64,000 nt of DNA, taken from positions 785,457-849,456 of the forward strand of contig CBDCWI010000002.1 in NCBI GenBank assembly GCA_965223325.1. The letters run 5' to 3'. The stretch comes from Candidatus Multivoradales bacterium. GTDB taxonomy: Bacteria; Acidobacteriota; Thermoanaerobaculia; Multivoradales; Multivoraceae. The translations under genes were made by a program, and so were the position numbers. Positions within the stretch are counted from its first letter, which is position 1; the number at the start of each line of letters is the position of its first letter. Below the pieces are notes generated by a model that had not been told where the DNA came from, ran no database searches, and saw nothing but the letters and a program-made list of their open reading frames with translations. Shown here one piece after another: positions 58,606-64,000 of this stretch.

Positions 58606-59496
58606 TCACCTATGTACCGAATTCGTCGATTCCGTTGCCCAGACTCGCTTCGAAACCTCGTTTTGATCACCACCAGCGCGACAGTGATCGCGTTCAGCGC
58701 GAATGCCCTCGAGGCCCAAATCGCCACTGTCGACCCTCCCTATTCCGGTCCCGACCGCATTGAAGAGTGGACCGGGAAGCGCATTCTGGTCGTCACGCCG
58801 CATCCCGACGACGAGACCTTTACGTCGGGCGGCCTCTTGGCGCTTCTGGCAAGGCAGCAGAACGAGATCTCGGTGGTCGTCTACACCAGCGACAACGCCG
58901 GATCCCGCGACCCGACCATGACCCACGAGCGACTCGCCGCGATTCGCAAAGCCGAGGAAGAGGAGGCCTGTCGCCTGCTCGGCATTCCAGAGGAGAACCT
59001 CACGTGGCTCGGCCACGACGACGGCATGCTCGAGTACGTCGACGCTCGGACGCTGACTCGCCAGGTAGCGCGCGAGATTCGCCGCGTACGACCGCACCTC
59101 GTTCTGTCGGTCGACCCCGGGGCGCCTTATGAGCAGTACCACAAGAGCGACCATCGGGCGGCCGCGTTCATCACCGTCGACGCGATTCGCGCCGCGCGCT
59201 GGCGCCTCTACTTCCCGGAGCTCGAAGCTGCCGGCTACAAGGCATGGAATGTTCCGCTGGTGTTGTTCTACTACTCGGCGAACCCCAACTACACCGTCGA
59301 CATCACCGAGGTGGCGGAGACCAAGGCCAAGGCGGCGGCAGCGCACACCAGTCAGTTCGATCCACTGGTCGATCACTACGATCCCGCCAAGATCACCGAC
59401 GAGCACAAACGAAAGCTCGCCGCGTCACTGGCCGCCCGCCAAGCGCGCGAGAACGGCCGGGTGGTCGAGCGCTTCCGCCGCTCGACGGACTATTGA
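58606..59496 (+). CDS. PIG-L/LmbE-family N-acetylglucosaminyl deacetylase, secreted.
   Basis: VVTPHPDDETF zinc motif; HxDH-like SDHRAAA. N-terminal signal/TM segment LVLITTSATVIAFSANA. Confidence 0.8.
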   Translation, partial: SPMYRIRRFRCPDSLRNLVLITTSATVIAFSANALEAQIATVDPPYSGPDRIEEWTGKRILVVTPHPDDETFTSGGLLALLARQQNEISVVVYTSDNAGSRDPTMTHERLAAIRKAEEEEACRLLGIPEENLTWLGHDDGMLEYVDARTLTRQVAREIRRVRPHLVLSVDPGAPYEQYHKSDHRAAAFITVDAIRAARWRLYFPELEAAGYKAWNVPLVLFYYSANPNYTVDITEVAETKAKAAAAHTSQFDPLVDHYDPAKITDEHKRKLAASLAARQARENGRVVERFRRSTDY

Positions 59497-62400
59497 AGAA
59501 CGGTCCTCGAACCCCCCGCTCGTCGACGCCCGGAGGAGCGCTGCCTGCGAAAACACCGTCTCGGGCAACCCTGCTCATCGCACTGTCGCAAGTCGCTCTT
59601 TCGGTCTTCCTTTCGCCAACCCTGGGCGCACAAGCCAGCAACGACCACCAGATCGCGCCTGGCTATCGACTCGAGCTCGCGGCCCAGGAACCGCTGGTGC
59701 TCGACCCGGTCGATCTGGTCTTCGACGCCCGGGGTCGTGCCTTCGTCCTCGAAATGGCCGGCTACCCCATCGCTCGAGATAGCGAGCGCCTGGGTCGAAT
59801 CGTCATCCTCGACGACGACGATGGCGACGGTCGCTTCGACCGTCGCACCGTGTTCGCCGATGACCTTCGTCAGCCCGACTCGATCGCTCCGTGGCACGAC
59901 GGCATCCTCGTCGCCGACGCACCGTCCGTGGTCTGGCTGGTGGACGAGGACGGTGACGATCGCGCCGAGTCGCGCCTCGAGGTCCTCCGGGGTTTCGCGG
60001 TCGGGCCCAGTGAAAGCAACGTCAACGGGTTGGTGTTCGGTCCCGACAACCAACTCCACATCGCCAACGGTTCGAGCGGCGGCCTGGTGCAGCTGGGGCG
60101 CGACGTCGAGTCGTCCGCGAGTGCGTCACCCGTCGACATACGAGGTCGCGACCTGCGCCTCCACTTCGTGCCCGAGTCGCGCCAGGCGTCCTTCGAACTC
60201 ACCAACCCCACCGCCGACGGCTACGGCATCGCCTTCGACGACTGGGGCGAGCGGTTTCTCAACCACGCTCAGAAACACATCCAATGGGTTGCAACCGAGG
60301 CCTGGCAGGTCGCACCGGCACCTTCACCCGCACCGCGCGAGATCTCCGATCACGGCACCGGGGCTTCGACCCGGGTGTTTCCCGTGCGCGCCACCGGCGA
60401 ACGCCCGAACCATCCAGAGCAAGCCGGAAGGATGACAGCCGCCAGCGGCCTCACCCACTACGGTGGCGACGCCCTCCCCGAGCTTGCCGGCCAGTTCTGG
60501 AGTGGCGAGCCGGTCTATGGGGTCGTACACCGCGACCTCGTCGAACGGCGAGGCTCGGGACTCACTGCCCGGCGCGGCGAACACCAGAGCGAGTTTCTGG
60601 CGTTCGTCGACCCACGGGCACGACCGGTCCACTTCGCCACCGGCCCCGACGGCAACCTGTGGGTGGTCGACATGCGCCGCGAGATCATCGAACACCCCGA
60701 GTGGATTCCCGAAGAAATGCTCGCTGGCCAGAATGTCCGCGCCGGAAACGACGAGGGGCGCATCTACCGAGTCGCCCGGGCTGACGGAGAGCGCCCCCGA
60801 CCGCGACCGAGAAACCTCGCTGCCCTGCCCATTGGCGAGCTCGTGCGTGAACTCGAGAGCACCAACCAGTGGCGTCGCGACACCGCACGCCGGCTGCTGG
60901 TCGAGCGTTCAAAGACCGACGCCGTAGACGAGATCGTACGCCTCACCAGGGAGGCCCACGACCCACGCGCCCGCTTGACGGCTCGCTGGACTCTCGACGG
61001 CCTCGGCTATCAGTTGCCCTGGGAGACCGGCCTCCTAGACCGCCATTCGCGGGTGCGCATCAACGCCTATCGCCGCCTTGCCGAGCGCCTGGGCTCCGAG
61101 AGGTACTCGATCGATCGCGAGGACGCGGACCGACTCGCCCGAAGGGCCAGAGGGAGCATCGCCAGCGACGTGCCGGCAGTCGCCGTGCAAGCCATGCTGG
61201 CGCTCGAGCCGCTGCGCGCCGCCGCCGAGCTGACCGAACTCTCGCGGGCCAGCCTGGATACGATTCTGCAGGCGGCTTCGCGTTACCCTGACGATAGAGG
61301 CATCATCGCTGCCGCAGTCGCCGCCACCCGCCACGCTCCCCTGGCCTTCTTCGAGCACCTGGCGAGCGAGCTCGATCACCCTCATCGGGTCCCGCCAGCG
61401 CTCTTCGAAGAGACCGCGGTCACCCTCGGCCGCAGCGGTTCCGCGTCGAGTGTCGAAGGCTTGCTGGCGACCCTGCGGGAGCTCGACACCCAGGGCGAGG
61501 CGCGGGCACTCATCAATCGCACCCTCGTCGGCCTCGCGCGGGGCCAGAGCCAGCGTTCCGAAAAAGGGGCACCGCCGCCTTCGCTGGCACACTTCCTGGC
61601 TTCACAAGAGCCGACGACACAGGCCCTCGCATGGCAGGTGGCGGCGCACACCGGGGTCCCCGCCACCATCGACCTCGCCGCCGAGCGTCGGGCGGCTCTT
61701 CAGGTGCTCGAGCGTGAGCAGAATGGCAAGGGCGACGCGATCCCCGTCCGCCTGGTGGCGATCAAGCGCCTCGGTGCGATCTACCGGCTGTCGAAGGATG
61801 CCTCTCTGCCCAGCGAGACCCTCCTGGCCGGCCTCGATCCCTGGGCGCCGAAAGACCTGCAGAACGCGACCTTCGACGTTCTCCTTGGCATCGATCGCCG
61901 CGGCACACCAATGGCTGCTCCCCTCTTGGAGCGTTGGTCTTCGCTCTCACCGGTCGTGCGCGAGCGTGCCGCAACCCTTCTGGTGTGGAGCAAGCACAAC
62001 CACGACGCCTTGCTCAGCGCGCTCGAAGAAGGGCAGGTGTCGATCGGCCAGCTGCAACTCGACCTCGAACGCCGGCGCTCCTTCTTGCGCTGGAGCACAC
62101 CCGAGATCGCGCGGCGGGCAAAGCGCTTCTTCGATGACCGGGTCGTGGTCACGCGTCGAGAGGCACTCGCCAAGGCGCGACCAGCTCTGGCGATGGCGGG
62201 CAACGAGGAACGCGGGCGCCAACACTTCTCCGAGTTGTGCGCCCGTTGTCACCGGCTGGCCGGAGAGGGATCCGCCATAGGGCCAGACCTCGACGACGCC
62301 AGTCGGAAGAGCAGCGCCGCCCTTCTCCACGACATCGTCGACCCCAACGCCGGCGTCTCGCCCGAGTACCTCGCCTACGACGTCACCACCACGAACGGTG

Positions 62401-62600
62401 AGCTGGTCAGCGGATTGCTCGAGAACCAGGACGAGGCGATCATCGTTCGGACGGCGGATGGCAAAGAGCGGCGGATAGAGCGCGTAGACATCGAAGAGGT
62501 CTACTCGAGCGGCCTTTCGCTGATGCCTGAAGAACTCGAGTCCGGTCTCGATCATCAGCAGCTCGCTGACCTCCTGGCATGGCTCAAGCAGAACCACTAG
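59493..62600 (+). CDS. PVC-type heme-binding CxxCH protein: membrane-bound dehydrogenase-like beta-propeller domain, HEAT repeats, and a C-terminal cytochrome c domain.
   Basis: N-terminal DLVFDARGRAFVLEMAGYP propeller segment. Central HEAT-like helices. C-terminal CARCHRLAGEG (CxxCH) and ...SLMPE.. Met-ligand region. No in-frame ATG was found, so a TTG start overlapping the PIG-L stop is proposed; the start is uncertain. Confidence 0.7.
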   Translation: MKNGPRTPRSSTPGGALPAKTPSRATLLIALSQVALSVFLSPTLGAQASNDHQIAPGYRLELAAQEPLVLDPVDLVFDARGRAFVLEMAGYPIARDSERLGRIVILDDDDGDGRFDRRTVFADDLRQPDSIAPWHDGILVADAPSVVWLVDEDGDDRAESRLEVLRGFAVGPSESNVNGLVFGPDNQLHIANGSSGGLVQLGRDVESSASASPVDIRGRDLRLHFVPESRQASFELTNPTADGYGIAFDDWGERFLNHAQKHIQWVATEAWQVAPAPSPAPREISDHGTGASTRVFPVRATGERPNHPEQAGRMTAASGLTHYGGDALPELAGQFWSGEPVYGVVHRDLVERRGSGLTARRGEHQSEFLAFVDPRARPVHFATGPDGNLWVVDMRREIIEHPEWIPEEMLAGQNVRAGNDEGRIYRVARADGERPRPRPRNLAALPIGELVRELESTNQWRRDTARRLLVERSKTDAVDEIVRLTREAHDPRARLTARWTLDGLGYQLPWETGLLDRHSRVRINAYRRLAERLGSERYSIDREDADRLARRARGSIASDVPAVAVQAMLALEPLRAAAELTELSRASLDTILQAASRYPDDRGIIAAAVAATRHAPLAFFEHLASELDHPHRVPPALFEETAVTLGRSGSASSVEGLLATLRELDTQGEARALINRTLVGLARGQSQRSEKGAPPPSLAHFLASQEPTTQALAWQVAAHTGVPATIDLAAERRAALQVLEREQNGKGDAIPVRLVAIKRLGAIYRLSKDASLPSETLLAGLDPWAPKDLQNATFDVLLGIDRRGTPMAAPLLERWSSLSPVVRERAATLLVWSKHNHDALLSALEEGQVSIGQLQLDLERRRSFLRWSTPEIARRAKRFFDDRVVVTRREALAKARPALAMAGNEERGRQHFSELCARCHRLAGEGSAIGPDLDDASRKSSAALLHDIVDPNAGVSPEYLAYDVTTTNGELVSGLLENQDEAIIVRTADGKERRIERVDIEEVYSSGLSLMPEELESGLDHQQLADLLAWLKQNH

Positions 62601-62680
62601 CGGGCAGGATCTGGACCGCCAGTAAGATCACGTTCCTCCCCTGACCGACAAACCAAGAAACACTGCCGGAGACGCCAACG

Positions 62681-63229
62681 ATGGGAAAGGTCTACCCGCA
62701 CCTGGACGGCGCGCTGCAAGGCTTTATCGAGGACCAGCACATGTTCTTCGTCGCCAGCGCGCCGCTCGCCGCCGATGGACTGGTCAACCTCTCGCCTAAG
62801 GGACTCGACAGCTTCCGCGTTCTAACACCGTCGACGGTTGCCTTCCTCGACCTCGGCGGCAGCGGCATCGAGACCCTCGCCCACTGCAAGGAGAACGGCC
62901 GGATCGTGTTCCTTTTCTGCGCGTTCGAGGGACCACCTCGCATTCTCCGACTCTACGGCACGGGTGAAGCCATCGAGCCAGGGCACCCGGAATGGAACGC
63001 GCTGCTCGCGGAGTTCCCCGAGTACCCGCACCCGCGTTCAATCATCCGCGCCGAGCTCACCCGCATCGCAGACTCCTGCGGCTTCGCCGTTCCGCTCTAT
63101 GAGTACCAGAGCCAACGTGACCAGCTGGTGCGCTACAACCAGACGCTCGGCGAAGAGGTGCTCGCCGAAAAGCGCAACGAGCACAACGCGACGAGCCTCG
63201 ACGGCCTTCCCGGGCTCACCCCACGGTGA
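62681..63229 (+). CDS. Pyridoxamine 5'-phosphate oxidase-like FMN-binding split-barrel protein.
   Basis: Size and pattern (FFVASAP...LVNLSPKG...LDLGGSG...) match the PNPOx-like superfamily. Confidence 0.6.
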   Translation: MGKVYPHLDGALQGFIEDQHMFFVASAPLAADGLVNLSPKGLDSFRVLTPSTVAFLDLGGSGIETLAHCKENGRIVFLFCAFEGPPRILRLYGTGEAIEPGHPEWNALLAEFPEYPHPRSIIRAELTRIADSCGFAVPLYEYQSQRDQLVRYNQTLGEEVLAEKRNEHNATSLDGLPGLTPR

Positions 63230-63357
63230 GAGGTCTCGGAGATCCCCGCTAGGCCGCGACCGTGACCACGATAGGCTGGAGATTCACCATCTGGAAGAAG
63301 CTCTCTTACGCACGTCATGCAGGAATGGCGCCTCGCGCCTCAGGGAAGGGAACACGA

Positions 63358-64000
63358 TGATCTCCAAGCTACGACTTCTCGCTGTCGCCTCGGCGGTCTT
63401 GTTGGCGGGCAACACACTCGCCGCAACACCCCCCGAGGTTCCACGGACGGCAGATGGGCACCCATCGTTCGACGGGGTGTGGACCAACGCCTCCTTGACC
63501 CGTCTGACGCGCTCACCTGACGTTCCCCTGGTCCTCACACCGCAACAAGCGGAAGAGATGGCGGGCGGGCACTTTCACAACGTGCGTGCGGCTCGCGACT
63601 CGAAGCCCAGCGACCCCAACCGCAGCGCCCCCGAAGCGGTCGAGAAGCTTCCCCCGGTAGGCAACTACAACGCCGGCTGGGTCGAACCGGGAACGAAGTA
63701 CGGAGTGGTTCGGGGCGAAGTCCGTTCGTCATGGATCGTTTCCCCTGCCGACGGCCGCCTGCCGCTTCGCGAGGGGGTCTACAAACGCGATCGCTCGCTC
63801 CGCGAGACTCCCGATGACCCGGAAGTCATGTCACTGGGCGAACGCTGCCTGCTGGGCTTTGGCGGCACCGCCGGTCCGCCGATGCTCAACGTGCTCTACA
63901 ACAACTACTACCGCATCGTGCAAGGTCGCGATCACGTCGCGATCGTGGTCGAAATGGTGCACGACACGCGCCTCGTGCGCCTCGGCGGCGAGCACAGTAG
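63358..64000 (+). CDS. Hypothetical secreted protein, 3'-partial (runs off the right window edge).
   Basis: RBS GGGAAGGGAA. Signal peptide MISKLRLLAVASAVLLAGNTLAAT. The frame is open to the end of the window and was not listed in the ORF track because no stop falls in the window. Confidence 0.5.

Noticed and set aside
59244-59492. Upstream part of the 1118-aa ORF overlapping PIG-L.
   Set aside because: It lies in a different frame of the PIG-L coding region and is Gly/Arg-rich. The real protein begins with a signal-like segment just after the PIG-L stop.
1-64000. CRISPR arrays, rRNA/tRNA genes, integrases, transposases and prophage genes.
   Set aside because: No 28-40-bp spaced direct repeats, no recognisable tRNA cloverleaf or rRNA segments, and no transposase or integrase-like proteins are visible. 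The only repeats are the 11-bp tandem arrays and the 24-bp inverted-repeat element.

Overview
This is a 64 kb, very GC-rich (about 68%) bacterial chromosomal segment with dense, short-intergenic gene packing. The gene content (ECF41-type sigma factor, PVC-type CxxCH heme protein, TPR Ser/Thr kinase, many secreted hydrolases) suggests a soil Acidobacteriota/Gemmatimonadota-like organism; that is an inference only. I call about 45 protein-coding genes and no rRNA, tRNA or CRISPR. Left to right: a partial unknown gene; a divergent beta-lactamase-fold serine hydrolase and membrane-anchored PQQ-propeller protein; an S10 carboxypeptidase; an ada/alkA-ogt adaptive-response operon; a glycine-zipper small protein; a translationally coupled neutral ceramidase and oligopeptidase B; an ECF41-like sigma factor divergent from a DinB-family gene; a TPR protein; an M61 peptidase; a long SAM-methyltransferase with a small overlapping membrane-protein gene; an alkaline-phosphatase-family lipoprotein; a 947-aa VWA protein; a TetR and ABC exporter divergon; a block of sulfatase-like genes (no formylglycine Cys) and GT-C/YfhO-like membrane proteins that includes a head-to-head pair of 5'-truncated fragments; a cupredoxin plus 2x Calx-beta secreted protein operon with a putative beta-barrel; asparaginase-like, ppiB and amidase genes; an 11-bp tandem-repeat array and an AT-rich promoter island ahead of an S8 subtilase; another sulfatase-like lipoprotein; selO; a glycan-modification cluster (FemAB-like, AlgX/AlgJ-like SGNH, SAM-MTase, DegT aminotransferase, GT2, MATE/MOP transporter); a 24-bp inverted-repeat element; a frameshifted DUF4188 gene with an acyl-CoA-dehydrogenase-like gene and a nitroreductase; a TPR Ser/Thr kinase divergent from a PIG-L deacetylase coupled to a PVC-type heme-binding protein; a PNPOx-like gene; and a partial secreted protein. 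No canonical defence or mobile-element genes are recognisable. The most unusual items are the cupredoxin/Calx-beta operon, the truncated sulfatase/GT-C junction, the palindromic 11-bp repeat family, the MITE-like inverted repeat, and the acetylation/methylation/amination glycan cluster.
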